Of a DNA stretch of 64,000 nt, positions 13,901 to 27,680 are shown piece by piece. Within the stretch, counting starts at the first letter, position 1. Each line of letters starts with the position of its first letter. A program made the position numbers and the translations under genes. Source of the DNA: the human T2T-CHM13v2.0 reference genome, Homo sapiens. The notes under the pieces were generated by a model. It was not told the origin of the DNA. It made no database searches and saw nothing but the letters and a program-made list of their open reading frames with translations. The stretch lies in the NCBI RefSeq assembly GCF_009914755.1, contig NC_060925.1, one strand, 5' to 3'.

Positions 13901-14307
13901 CTCTCCCAGGCCCAGCAGCAGCCCATAGACACCCCAGCTCTCTCTGCCCCCTCCCCACGAGGAATCTCCCTTGGCCTCCTTCACAGGAAGGCAAAGTACC
14001 CCCGCTTCATTTTAATGGATTTTTGTCTAATTACTGACTGGAACAGATGCAGAGACAACCTCATTGAAAGGTCTGGGAAGGCGCAGGATTGGCCTGGGAG
14101 AGCCAGTGTGACCTTCACCCTCACAGGGAGGGAAGCACCACGAGGTTACTCACTAGTCCCTCCTGGTCTCCACCCCAGTCTCCACCCTAGCCACCCTGGG
14201 GCTTCCCTGCCCAGAGGGGAGAAGCAAGGAAGGGAGGAGGGTGCTTATCACATCCTGTGCCCAGCTGGGCTCCGGAGGTCGGACAAGAGCTGCAGGGCCA
14301 AAGGACA

Positions 14308-14405
14308 TGTGTGCGCAGGTGCACTGAGTGTATGTGCATGTGTGTGTGTGCACATGTATGTATCTGTGCATGAGTGTGTATGTGCATGTGTGTGCACACA
14401 CACAG
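14308..14405. repeat. Alternating purine-pyrimidine (TG/CA/TA) tract
   Basis: GTGTATGTGCATGTGTGTGTGTGCACATGTATG...GTGTGTGCACACACAC. Confidence 0.85.
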
Positions 14406-14989
14406 GTGTTTATGAGGAAGAAAACGCAGGGCACAGAGGAGGAAGGCACCCAGCTAGTTCCCAGACGCTTGTTCCTTCTCTCCATTCGTAACAGAGCATG
14501 CCTGAAGTGGCCTTGAGCTCCAGAGAACCGTGTGTCTTCCAGGCAACTTCCTGTGTCCATCGGGTCACGTCCTCACCGCAGGCTCCCAGCAGCCCCCTCC
14601 CCTACTGGGGACACTGTGGCTGCTGAAGCTTCCTGACACTCCAGAGAATTTAATGCAACCCGACTCCCCTGTGGCTTTGCCTGAATAGGGCCTGATCAGG
14701 CCTGGGTCCCCGTGGCCCTCAGAGCCTGTCCCTGGTGTCCAGTATCTGTGGCCCTTGGAGCCTGTCCCTGGCACTGGGTCTCTGCTGCTGGGACTGCTCC
14801 CTAAGAGGTTCTCTCTGGTCTTACCAGCTGGCTGGTTCCCAGGGGTAGAAGGACACCTCTTAGGCTTCTCTCCATTCCTGATGGCCTCAGCACAGAACCA
14901 AGCACAGAAAAACCCCCAGGGAGGGAGAGTTAAGTAGGACTGGGACTCCAGTGTAGACCTCAGCCAGGTTCCAGGATATGCACTTTTTA

Positions 14990-15135
14990 AAATCCTCTCA
15001 TTTAATCCTCACCAGAATCCTAGAAGTGGGCCTGTAGGTGAGGAAAGAGAAGCTCAGAGAGGACCAGTGACTTGCCATAGGTCACACAGTGGGAGACGGT
15101 AGAACTTGGATTCAAACCCCAGTCTGACCCCAAGG
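14990..15135 (-). mobile_element. MIR SINE fragment
   Basis: CTCATTTAATCCTCAC...GCTCAGAGAGG...TGACTTGCCATAGGTCACACAG...GGATTCAAACCCCAGTCTGAC. Confidence 0.75.
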
Positions 15136-16089
15136 GGCACCAGCCTCCTCCTTTGACAGAGCAAGGCTGATGGCCAGAGGGACTGATGAAGTAGCCTTCT
15201 GAAGGCCACCACACCCCCCCAGTGCCACCCAGCCTAGCTCTGGAGGCAAGGGAACGATGCTTCTGCCACAAGAGGCTGCATCTCTGGACCGCCAAGTCCC
15301 AGAACAGGACCTCTGAGCCCGGACCTCACTCAGCCCCTGCAAGGTGCCGTAAAGTGTGATGCAGAGCTTGCTGCACAGGGTCAGGCAAACCATGGCCCCA
15401 TTTCTCCATCCACCCAGGAGCCATTCCCAGTTGTGTTCACTGGGAACAGTGGATGTGCCTGTCTCGGCCAGACTCTGCTTGTGAAACAGCATTCAGCAGA
15501 CTCTCCTGTGTGTGCGCCTGACACACAGGGGTGGGACAGGAGCAGAGCACTGGCCGACAGGAGGGAAGGAAGGAGGAAGTCCAGAAGCTGGCTCGCCTGG
15601 GCTTCAGGCCGCAGCCACTGTGAGCCCTGTCCATCCCGGGTCACTGCCCACGCATATCCAGGAGGTTGCTCATTAAACTGAAAGCAGGGGAGGACTGGCT
15701 CTCCTGCTTCCTGTCCAAACACTCAGGGCTCTGGAGCAGCCCGCCCAGTTCCGCAATGGTGCACTGCAGCAAAGCAGGGAGGCTGGGTTAGGGGAAGAGC
15801 TGGTGGAGGCCCCTGCCACAGCTCCCGGGATGGCGTGCTCAGAGTTGACCTCCAGAGTCACAGTGAACCAGGAGGTTACAGTCCAAGGAGCACGGAGCCG
15901 CACGGAGAGCCTCTTACCCTGTTTCTCTCCTGCCCTGTCCATGTTAAGCAGTAGCTGAGTGGGGATGTCATTGTGGCAAACCTTCCCCCAACAGCCGGTG
16001 AGGACAGAGGGACCTCTGGGAGCTGCAATAGGAACAGCCGCAGTCTAACTGGCTTTCAGAGAAGCTAAAGACTGTGCTAAGATTGGTAG

Positions 16090-16330
16090 TGAGAACAGGG
16101 CCTGGCACACATGAAGTACCTTGAGTGAATGAACGAATGAGTGAGTGAGTAAATGAATGAGTGAATGAATGAATGAGTGAATGCATGAATGAATGAGTGA
16201 ATGAATGAATGAGTGAATGCATGAATGAGTGAATAAGTGAGTGAATGAATGAGGGAATGAATGAATGAGGGAATGAATGAATGAGTGAATAATTGAGTGA
16301 GTGAATGAATGAGTGAATGAGTGAGTGAAT
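16090..16330 (+). repeat. L2 3' end with expanded (TGAA/TGAG)n tail
   Basis: GAACAGGGCCTGGCACACA followed by ~210 bp of GAAT/GAGT tetramers. Confidence 0.85.
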
Positions 16331-17424
16331 TCAGGGCTCAGCTATGATGAAGAGGGCACACTGGCAGTGAGGGAGAGCTGTGCAGAAATCTGTGCTTTAG
16401 AGAAAGTGTAGTCATCCATTCCCAGAGCCATCAGCTGTGTATTGAGTGCTGCCACGTGTAGGGGCTGAGATGCAGGACCCATCCCACAGGGCTCCCCTGG
16501 AGGGAGCTCACAGCCTAGTGGACTGAAAGATTGAAAGCAAGAGGGATAAGCGAAGCTCAGGGTTCTGTCCCTGACCCTCTTTGGTGTCCCCCATCTGTGC
16601 ACAGAACCTGGCTCAGAGGTGACTGCACAGATTTCCTGGAGGCCCAGATGGGGGTGCTGAAAGGTGCTGAGAGAAACTTCCCTGGTTTAAGCCTCAGGAA
16701 AGGAAAGGGCAGCTTCCCAGACATCTCCAGGCAAAGTGTCAGGAACCCTGGGTCCTGTAGCTCTAACAAGAATTCTCACCTGCAATCAAGAGCTTGGATT
16801 CAAAGAGAAGGGAGGTCGTGCTCTGCAGGGCTATCTCAACAGTGACTCTGAGTCCAGGCCTGAACAGCCACATGATGCAGGGGCGTGAAATCAGAAGTGA
16901 TTGTCACCCTGTGCTAAGATGAGACCAACATGACTGCCCCCCTGCTCTGTCTCTGGGGAGTCTGTACTCAGGTCCTAGCAATTTGTACTCAGGTTCTTTC
17001 AGTGGGCCACAAAGTGATGGGTTCTGGACTCTAAAATTCCTGGATGTGGGCTCTGTTCTAGTGCACACTGCAGGGAAGTGTCTGGAAGCATGAGAGAAGA
17101 GGGAAATAAATGTAGAAGATGGCCTGGGTGGTGGTAGCTGAAAATTTCCTCCACATAAAGGAAGGCAGGAGTCATTCCCGGGTTCGTTTCATTACATGGA
17201 AGAAGAAGGGTGTTTTCCTGCCAGGTACCTCCCTTCAAGCTCCCTTGCTGGCCCAGGGCTTAGGAATTCCCCAGAAGTGGTCATCTTCCTCCATTTCTCT
17301 ACCCTGCACTCCTTCACTCTTTCAGCTGGTTGCTTGGCAGATATCTGTAGAGACCTAGTATGTGCCAAATGCTGTTCTAGGTGTGAGGTTGCTCTTCCTC
17401 GTCTTAGTTCTAAACCACTTGCCT

Positions 17425-17604
17425 TACATGCTGCGATAACAAATCACCAGCTGCCACCTTCCCCTCCCGTGCCCAGGGCAGACATTACTAATGGATCACA
17501 GCACATTTTCCAAATGCAGTCTCAGAATCCTGCCCAGCCTGGCCCTACAGCTGTCAGCTGTCAGTAGAAGCCCATGAATAAGAGAAAAGTAATTTGCTAT
17601 CCCT
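17425..17604. mobile_element. Ancient hAT-Charlie-type relic (subfamily uncertain)
   Basis: CCCGTGCCCAGGGCAGACATTACTAATGGATCACAGCAC...ATTTGCTATCCCTG; the same core (TGATTGATTAGTAATGTCTG) occurs inverted at ~10990 and ~38720. Confidence 0.5.
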
Positions 17605-18931
17605 GCTCTTGCCCCCTCCTGTCACTGCCTCCACCCTGATCATCTCTGACCTGTTGGCTCTTTCTGCCATTTTCAGCCTCACACAAACACTGACGATGTC
17701 CCTCCCACCCTCTCCTTAGCGTCTGCCTTTGACCACAAGCTGGGTTCTTCCTCCTCCCCCAGGACTTGAGTTTCAATGACCTTCTGAGGTTGTCCCAGTT
17801 CCTGGAACCCCTTATCTTGGCTTGCTTCATCCCCCCCAACCCCATGCCAAAAAAAGAAGCCAGATTTCTGTAGGGCAGAAACAAAACCCAGCAGACTTCC
17901 CAAGCCAGATGGTGGGGGCCCAAATCTGAGAACTGAATTTTTCTGACTTTTTTTTTCAAGCAATCTGCTAATGGAGGCGAGAACAAGACTCAGGGAGTTA
18001 TCAGCTGCCTCTGTCAACAGTGGGTAATGATGTGTGAATGCTGGCACCTCCCAGTAAACTGTGAACCTCAAGGGTATCCCCAAGTGCCTTTCAGCCTGCT
18101 TGCCCTCCAGGAGAGGGGATTGCTCCCCAGCTGCCCCTTCAAAGCCTGCAGCGAGATGGGTGTGTTCTGGGAGCCGGATTGGCCTGTGGCTTTGGAAATC
18201 TATTTATGGGACACACAGAGCTCGCCCTTTTTTAGAACTAGAGGAAACTGACAGCTTCGATTGACAGAAAGCTCCGCGAAAAGGAAGGGAGCATTTGTTT
18301 CCATTTTTAAAGTGCTCAAGCTTATTTGGGGGTGCATGTGGGTAGGACCCAGGAGGGCAGCTGGGACCAGAATTTCTCAGAGCCAAAGCAAGCAGCCCCT
18401 CCATTCATGCTCCCTCCATGGGTCCTGTGGGTCTGCTGCCCTCCACCCACCTGTGGCCACCCCACAGCCCTGCTCCTCCTTCTCCTCTTTCTCTCCTGAG
18501 ACCCAGAGCTGTGCCCTCCCCAAAGCCACTCTCTCATCATTCCCCAGGGCAGACAGAGCCAGGGCCTGGATATCCCAAGAATCACAAGCTTGGAACTCTC
18601 ACCCAAGGAGCCGAATGAGGTCCTGCTCCTGGAACAGGCAGGAGAAAAGCCCCTGGCTCCCACGGAGCTCCAGGGCCCATGGGTGGCTCTGGTCACATTT
18701 GCAGCCTGGTGTCCCTGTCTCCCCCAGCACCAAGGCAAGCACCTAGCACGTGGTCCCCCAAACCAAGCTCAAGCCCAGGAGTCATTCATTCACCTCCTCT
18801 GTCACATTCCACCCCCAGGTCACCACTAGGTCTGTCCACCTGTTCTCCTAAATGCCCCAAACCCAACCACGTCCTGCATCTCACACCAGCTCCAATCTAA
18901 GCCGCTAGGGCCCTTTTTTCCAAATGCGGGT

Positions 18932-19450
18932 TGTATTAATATGCAGCCATGGTGAGGCTAGCAGATCAGCAGGCGGCTGCCTGTTTAAGATGGTTTGTTA
19001 CTCATAGATCCCATGAGGAGGGGGCAGGCCACGTCACACAGGACCACTTGGGGAAGCAGGGAGTCCATCAAGAGGCAGAGGGAGCCGGGGGCAATGTGGG
19101 CAGAGCCTCTATTGTGGTTTTTGCAGGAAGGAACAAGTAAGACGGGGTGAGCAGGCTTTGGAGAAATTCCTGGGGTAATTCCTGCGGGCTCTGGGCGGAG
19201 AGGCTGCCCCTAAGTTGTCCCTGGCCTGGGGTGACTAGGGCAGCTAGATGGTGGCCCTTGGGGGAAACCCTGATAGAGGAGGTTGTGGGGTATGGGCTCT
19301 GGGTGGGTTGGTCTGAAAGGTGGGTTCCCAGGCCAGTCCTTTGCTATCTCTAGGAATTGACCAGCCCTAGGGGGGCAGTCCCTCCAGGTTCAGCAAGGCC
19401 CCAGAGGTCAAAGCATCAGAAATACAGAAAATAAAATGGCATGACGACTG
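18932..19450 (-). mobile_element. ERVL-class solo LTR (MER74/MER73-like)
   Basis: Reverse complement reads TTTTATTTTCTGTATTTCTGATGCTTTGACCTCTGGGGCCTTGCTGAACCTGGAGGGACTGCCCC...AATTCCTAGAGATAGCAAA. Confidence 0.65.
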
Positions 19451-19990
19451 TGCCTTCTTCCGGACCCTGGCCAAGGTTTTCTGAGCATGCTCTCACCCTT
19501 GCAAACTCTTCCTTGCACAGTGGCTAGCAATAATGATCCTCATGTGGTCATTACAGCCATGCACACGCACACCACCTCGCCAATTCAACACCACTGTTCT
19601 AAGGGTGGCCACTGTGGCCATTCCTGCTCTCAAACCCCATCTCAAACCTTGTGCCCCACCCCACGCTCCAGACACACTGGCCTCTTGCAGGTGTGGAATG
19701 CACTCAATTCGTCTGCCTGGGCCATCCACCTCCCCTCCTCTGCTCACACCCACTCAGCCCTGTGACCCCTGCCTAAGGATCCTCGAAGAACCAGCTCCCC
19801 TCCCTCACTGCTTGGGCCTCTGTGGTGGGAATTTTGGATCCAAAAGGGCCACCCCACTCAGAGTGAGCATTCAGTGGGGCATGCTGGGCACCGATGACAG
19901 GGCACAGCTCATGGCGGGCACTCCAGAAATAGCTATAGAAGAGTTTCTCAAATCTTCATGGTGACCCTTTGAGGCAGGTGTTCTTGTTTA

Positions 19991-20520
<530 letters not shown>

Positions 20521-23500
20521 TCATAGCCACTTTCTTTAGAGGTCTTTATTTTCTTGCAGAAAAGCAAATGAAAAACATAATTTTCATTGCTTCTAAAAGT
20601 TATTGGTGAAGTAATACACATTCATGGCAAGATGCCAGAACTCAGTGGGCGGATTTGGCCCATTTCTCCCCCAGCTCCCTTTTGCCCGTCAGTCAATTGC
20701 TGCATATTTACTGGGCACCTACCGTGTGCCAGGCTCTGGCCCAGACACAGACACCGGGTGAGTTAGCTGGACACAGTCCCTGACCTCCAAGACCTGCAGC
20801 CATAGATCCTTGTGATGTTTCTGGAGGGGCTGGCAGGAGGCATCTCGGGATCTGGGGTGACCGCAAGGGTCTTCTCTGGGAGCATCTGAGTGGAGGAAGA
20901 AAAGTGAGGGAGGACTGTCTGGGGCTGCAGTGGACAGCGGGGTGGGGGCAAGTCTGGTCTGTGCCACCAGCCCCGTGAGCATCTTTACCTCGCGGTGTGG
21001 TGTCCGTGGGGCTTCCGGCTCTGGGCTCTGTGCCTCTCGCCTCTGCCATTCCCGGCATCCTGAGGTAAAGTGATAACCAGGCCTCCTCCTCGCCTGGCTC
21101 TCTGCCACTCCCCCAGCCACCCTCCTGTGACCCAAATCCCCTCCAGGCCCCTCGCTCCGGCAGCCTCTTATCTCCTGCTTCCCAGAGCCCCGTTCTTCCC
21201 AGTCCAGCTCCGCCTCGGGGCCGCATGGGGCCTGTGCTGTGCCTGCTCTCCTGCTCATGGCGCCAGGGCCCCCGCCCGCTGCCTCTGCTCCTGTGGGACT
21301 GGATTCAATACCAACATGCTGCGGCGTCCCCCAGGCATGGCAGGAAGAGGGGGGTCAAGGCCGCCAGGGTTGAAGGCGGGGAGCATGGAGCCCCTCTGGA
21401 TGGGACCCAGGAGCCAACACGCCGTGCCCCTCCAGCCATCCAGGACAGGGTGCCCCAGCAGGGCCCAGACAGCTGCTTCCCTCACTCCTGAGCAGACAGG
21501 GAGGAACTCGGCTCCCTTCTCCAGGGAAAAGTCTTAAAATGTATTTAGGGACCCACTGTTGTTCCTTCCAAAGTTGCCTGCTCGGATTAAGTCCACTAGG
21601 GCTGATGGGCAGTGGGCATGGTCCTGAAGATGGGAAGGAATACCTCAGCCATGTACATCCCTGTCCCCCCAGCCCCGAAACACACGGAACTCACCCGCTC
21701 TGCGGGTCTGGGGTGCAGAGGAGAAGCAGGGGCTTCCGCCACCCCCTGTGTCTGCAGCCCCAGGCCTCTATACAGTGAAAACCCACTCGCCTGCCGAGGC
21801 TGTCAGAATTAAAGAAGGATTTCAGCAGCTGTAGTCATTAAGATAAAAGTTGCACTAATGACTCCAGCGTTATTTAGTTCTGATATCTTAATTTAATTGG
21901 ATTTTTTTAATTAAGAAAAAGACCCATAATCCTGCAAGCACTGAGCTGGTGCAGCCTTTTCACAAGTTACCCTTAAAGGGCTGGGTCTCGGACCCCCGTC
22001 CCCCCTGCCTGAAGGCCAGGGTCACTTTGGGAGAGGAGGGACAAAGGGCCAGGTGTCTGAACTGAGAAGGAAGCAAGGAGCCACCAGGAGAGAAAGGCCA
22101 AGGCTCCCCCACATGGCAGCCGCTCAGGAAGGAGGCGGCAGCTGGCACCGGTGGTGCTGTCTGGCACGGAGGCCGGCTGTAGGCATTGCCGCCACCCGCC
22201 AAGAGGGGCCCGAGTGGTAGCCATTCTCCACCCCCAGAGCCTCCCACGCACCCCAGACATGGGCCTTGTGCCTCCTGTCCCTCCACCCAGAAGCCCCGTC
22301 CTTCTCAAGGGCACACGGCCCTCCTGCACCCAGCTCTGCCCAGGGGAGGGGAGGTTCTCAAGCTGACCCTCCTGCCTCCTGGCCCTGGACGGCCACAGCA
22401 CCTCTTGCCCTCCCTGCCACCTTCCCCTCCAGGCTGTCTCAGCCAGGGGCTGCTTGGCAACAGTGATTGATGGTTTACCAATAGGAGTGGAATGAAATTT
22501 TAATAGTCTCAGATTAAAGGATCAGAGAGCAGAGGGAAGCGGGGAGCCTGCCTGCCGACTTGGTGTTTTCACGCCGAGCACAGCTCGGAGCCCTGCAGAA
22601 GGACCTGCTAATGCCACGGTTTGGGGAGGTGTTGGAGGGGTCTGCACTGGAGGATTCCTGAGACATCAGGCAGGCTCTGAGCCTGCGCCTGTCACAGGGT
22701 GGGCCGGAGGACACACGGCTCCTTGGGGTCCAGAGCTGAGCCCCAGGAGCTTGGCATCCTCACTGAATCAGGATGCACCCCAGGATGCAACTGATTGCAC
22801 CCCGATGTCCTCTGAGCATCCTCCTCCCTAGATCTGGGCTGAACTTCCAGCTTCTGGGAGGCCAGGGGAGGGGGGCCTCAGGGCCTGACTGCAGGAGAAT
22901 TCTAGAAGGAAACACAAGTCAGACTCGCAGCGAGTTTCCGGAACCTGTCTGGGTTCTTGGATGAGAGCTTGGTTCTCTGCTGTTCTTAGGAAACCATGAT
23001 GTTTCTGTTGTTTGGGAATTCTGTGTAAAATAAATGGGCACTTCCTCCAAATCACATGTGACTCTGGGACCCCAAGGCCCAGGCTGAGGATGGATCTAAA
23101 TGGGGATTTGACCTCCAGCTCAGGAGGGGGATTCTTCTCCTCTCCCCCAACTGTGGGGTGATTGTTCCTATCCTTGTCCCTGGTCCCGAAGGGGGAATGA
23201 GGGCAGCAGGGCCCCCTGGCACCTGTGTGGGATTCTGCCACCACTTCTTGTGGCCCTCTAAGGTGCCCCTGCACACTCTCCTTTCTGCAGGCCCCACTGC
23301 CCTTCAGGTCCCCTGGGGTCGCTTGTGTCCCCTGAGGCAGGTGCTGAGGCTCACCCTGCAGCCCAGGCTCCAGGCACTGAGCCCCAGGGGTGAGAGGCTG
23401 AGCAGAGTCTAACAGGTCTCTGCGGCAGCATGGGCTGGGAGCTGGAGCCGGGAACATGAGATGTTTCTGTCCTCTGGGCCTCAGTTTTCTCCTCTGTGAA

Positions 23501-24687
23501 ATGAGCCATGTAGAAGATGGGATGGCCAATGTCTCCATCAGGCCCCAAGGATACTTGGCCATCTGGGCCATGAGTAAGGCCTATGCATCCAAAGCCAGCC
23601 ATTAGGTCCTCAGACGTGCAGACAGGCAGGGCTGGCTGTACCACACGGGCCAGGGGAGTATGCTGTGATGGATTGTGTTTTGAGGTCACCGCGGCCGGTG
23701 TGCATCTCAGCTGGTGTAAGACCCTGTGTCACTGAGCACGGTAACCCACTGGCTGGCTCATGCGACTGCCTAGGACTGCTTTGGTGCCATCAGCAAAGAG
23801 CATCATGAGAACATGGGACTCGGGGCAGGCACTCAGGTGGGGAAGAGAGAACACACAAAGGCTGGGAGCTGGGGCCTGGAAGGGCAGGGACAGGCAGGGC
23901 TGGAGGTGACAGGAAGGAACGCTGGGGTATGGGCCTCACTAGAGCCCAGATTTATCCAGCAGTGCCAGCTGGGAGCCTGGAAGAACAGGAGTCCCTCAGT
24001 GGGGGTGACTCGTATGACTGTGAAGGACAGGCTGGGACCTAGAAGCCCTGGCCCTCTGCGCTCAGGCTCAGGGGGTGACGCTGGGCTGGGCGCTTCCCAT
24101 GAGGCAGGATCCTCATTGCTGTCCTTTCTGAACAACGCCCAAGAATCCAGGCATGGCCAGGGGCTGGCCGAGGGGGGCCGGTGGGTGGTGAATGAAGGGC
24201 TCCCAGCAAACCACAGCCGATCCAGGCAGGAAGAGCCCAACAGGTTCAGCAGGAGCACCTGGATCTGATATTGATCATCCCAGCCCCTCTACCATCTGCT
24301 CAGCTACCAAGGCTGAGGTTGGTGCTCCTGGAGGAGCCTCCAGGAGCCCAGCTGGGGTGATGGAGGGACAGAGGGACAGGCAGAGAGGCCGGCGGGCAGC
24401 AGGCCAATGGGCCAGGCAGGTGGGGCAGGAGCCTCCTCTTGGGAGTCACATGGCCCCTGAGGGCATGGGACTCTCCCTGCTGGGCACACCCCAGCGGCAC
24501 CAGCACACTCCTCATCCTCTAGGATGAGCCCAAGCAGAGGTGAGAGAAAGCCTCTTGCCTGTAAACTCGTTGCAGGCGCAGGGATGGGCTGGTTCAGGGA
24601 GGAGGGGAGACTGTGGGCGGCTTGCGCAGCACCCTCTGCAGGCAGAGCTGGTTACATGCAGCAGTGGCACAGGATCAGCAGGCAAGG

Positions 24688-24812
24688 CTCCATGATGCCC
24701 GTCAGAGGCCACCCCTCCCCAGCCCCCTAGGCCACTGTGTTAGATTCTTCACGACGCCTGTCAGAGGCCACCCCTCCCCAGCCCAACAGGCCATGGTGTT
24801 AGCCTCTCCACG
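24688..24812. repeat. ~59-bp tandem duplication (2 copies plus a stub)
   Basis: GTCAGAGGCCACCCCTCCCCAGCCC...AGGCCA...TGTTAG occurs twice. Confidence 0.85.
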
Positions 24813-27584
24813 CTACCTCCCACAAGCAGAAATGACTCGGGGATGGATGAGAACGAACCCTCATCCCTGCCTGCACGCCGGCCTGGAGGAGGAAGCCATC
24901 CTCGAGGCAGCCTTCACCAGCATGTGTCACCAGGCACTCCATTTCCTGGGCTCCATTTTTCCCCTGACCTGCCCAGTCCTGTGTTCCAGGTCAGAAGAGC
25001 AAACGCAGTCTCCAGAGAGATCATGAGGCTTTCTGCAGACTTTGTCCCCATCGAAGGGTCGTGGCCAAGATGGTGATTGGGAGATGGTGTTCAGGGAAGC
25101 CTTTGTGCCCCAGGAAAAGCCAGGCCAGGCGTGCCTATCTCCTGCCAGCCTCACTACCCGCACCAGGATTCACGGGTTGCAGCTGCCCAGTCCTGAGGCC
25201 CGGCACCCCAGCTCCGGCCCCTCCCAAATCTGCTATTGTAAGCACTACACAAAACTTTAAAGAATGTGTGTTAGACAACTGTCACTCAGCATATTTGATG
25301 GTGTTTTGCCTTGGTTTGAATATGTAAAGGCACTAAGCTGTTTAATTCGGTGCTTCCTGCATCGTTGGGCAGTGTAACTCAGTTGGGTATCAGGGCTGGT
25401 GGCAGCAGCAGGGCAGGCCGCGGCAGCTCAGCTAATTTAAGCTTTGTTTGCTGCGATGCTGGAACTTCTGCCTGGCTCTCCGCATTCTTCCCCCAGGCTG
25501 GCAGACGGCTCTGCCCACTCCCGCCCGCCTGCGACACCTGTCCTGCTGCTCCCCTTGACAGCTACCTGGCCCCTGACAGGCAGCAGTACCCGCTGTCACG
25601 CTGCCTGCATGTCCCAGAAATGTTATCTCCTCTTTTTCGGAGATGTCACCCACAACCGTCCGAAGAGATACCCAAATTGTACGCCACTGCTCAGATGGTT
25701 TATCTGACCCCGCAGCTGGCACGGAGATGCTGGGAGAAGGGTCTGATATTTCCCGCATCTGCCGTTAACCCTCGCCAGGCCAGCAGTAGCCCACCCCACT
25801 TCTTGTTCTCATGGTCCCCAGGACCCCCAAGCAAGGCGGACGGGATGACAGGCCCTCTAACCCCACCGCCCACTCACCTGCAGCCTGTCAACAGCCAGCT
25901 CCGGGACTCTCCCAGGGCCCCATGGGCTGTTTAGCCAGAGCTTGGGGCCCACCCACCCCAGCTGGTCCTTGAATCTGGATTTGGTTGGGGGCTGTGAGGC
26001 CCATCACAGAGGTGCTTTCTGGGTACACTGCTTCCCACATTCTAGAGACGACTCTCAACAGCCAGCCCCTGCTGGGACTTTTGTGGCCTTTGGACGCCCA
26101 CCAGCCCCTCCCCAGCCCCAAGCTATTGTGTCCAGTGTCCAGGGTCCCTGGTCATCGGGCTGTAGCCCCCAGGCATCGGGGCAGCCCCATGCCCCCTGCT
26201 CCTTTCTGTCCTGGACTTTTCCTCACACATGGGGGCAAGCGGCCACAGAGACAGGACACTAAGTACCTGCCAGAGTCTTCCGCGCAGCTGCTAGAAGCGA
26301 ACCTGCTTTTGGACTGGCCCAACTCCTTACGGAGAGGCAGGGATGGGGGTGGGTCTGTGGAACCAGCCGCACCTCAAGAAGCCTGGTTTGGGGAGATGGT
26401 CAGGACTGAGACCTGCAGCACAGCAGGACCTGGGAGGTCAGCGAGGCTCGGTGGGACCTGCTAGCAGCTCCCGTGCCTTCTGTTCCCACTCGGGCCCCAC
26501 TAGAGCCTGCTGTCCAGGCCCAAGGCTGGCCTCCTCATGTGGAGTGGGCCCAGCTGTAGCAAGTTTTGTCTTCAGCCTTCCACATCAGGGTGTTAGCAAC
26601 CCTTGGCTTGGGGTGGCTCTGATGGCCACCTTGAGACTGGATGGCAGCCAGTGCGTTTGCTCACGGCCTTGTGATCTGAGTGGTATCAGTGCTTCTGCAA
26701 AGAACACAGCATTCTGGGACCACACATCTTTTTATGCCCATTGGGGAAACTGAGTCCTGGAGAGATACAGCGACTTGTTGAATGCTATATGGCTCTGCAA
26801 AGTAGAGGCTCCTGCATTTACCCAGCAAATATTATTGTGTGCCCTGCAAACAAAGCAGACCAAATGCCTGCCCATGGAACTGCATTCTGGAGAAGGAGAC
26901 ATAAGAACAGGAGAGCTAAGCAGAACCTGCAGAATATTCCATGGGGGTAAGCGCTGCAGAGGGAGGGTAAAGCGAGGAGGGGCTGGGTGGGGGGTAGACA
27001 TTCAGACCCAGGCCTTGGGTGTCATGACTGATCTAGAAGGGTCCTTTTGGTTTTAGGTTTTTAGAATTCAAATGAGGAGAATCAAATAGAAGTTGAATCC
27101 TATTCTCCAGAAACATCGTTCTAGGTGCTAGGCCCATTGGGGCTCTCCGGATGTTCCGACCCCATGTCCCCTCCTGGGGTGCACCCCTCCTGGCCTGTGG
27201 TCCTCCCAGACCCTCTATTTCCGGCTATTGGGTAGGGCTGGCCTTTGTCACTCCACCTGCCAGGCTGGCTTCTAAGGCAAGAGTCTCTCCCTGAGGAGGA
27301 GACGCCAACTCAGCTCTAATCTTCCCCTTCCCGGAGACGGCGTGCTGTCTGGATTATCGCTACTGATGTGATTTGTAAGGGCCGTGGGAGGGACAGCGGT
27401 TATAGTGAACCCTGAAAATTAATTAGAGAGGGCGGCGCCTTCACAGGGCAAGTGGCTAAGACCTTGCTTCTTCAGAAGCTCTGTAAGCTCCCATGCCGTG
27501 GGAAAACGGGCTCCTCTGCCCTCTGTTTCCTGGGATGGCCCATGCACCAAAAATGAGACACAGCAAATATGAGTCTTGGTTGCC

Positions 27585-27680
27585 TGTGCATGCCTGCGTG
27601 TGTGTCTGCAAGCTTGTGTGAGTGTGCATGTTCATGTGCGGGTATGTACGTTTGCAGGCGTGTGTGTGTGTGTGCGTGTG
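27585..27680. repeat. Degenerate (TG)n tract
   Basis: TGTGCATGCCTGCGTGTGTG...GTGTGTGTGTGTGCGTGTG. Confidence 0.8.

Noticed and set aside
20900-26500. CpG-island promoter or coding exons (ORFs of 150-247 aa)
   Set aside because: GC-rich but CpG-depleted by eye; ORFs overlap on both strands with no recognisable domain.
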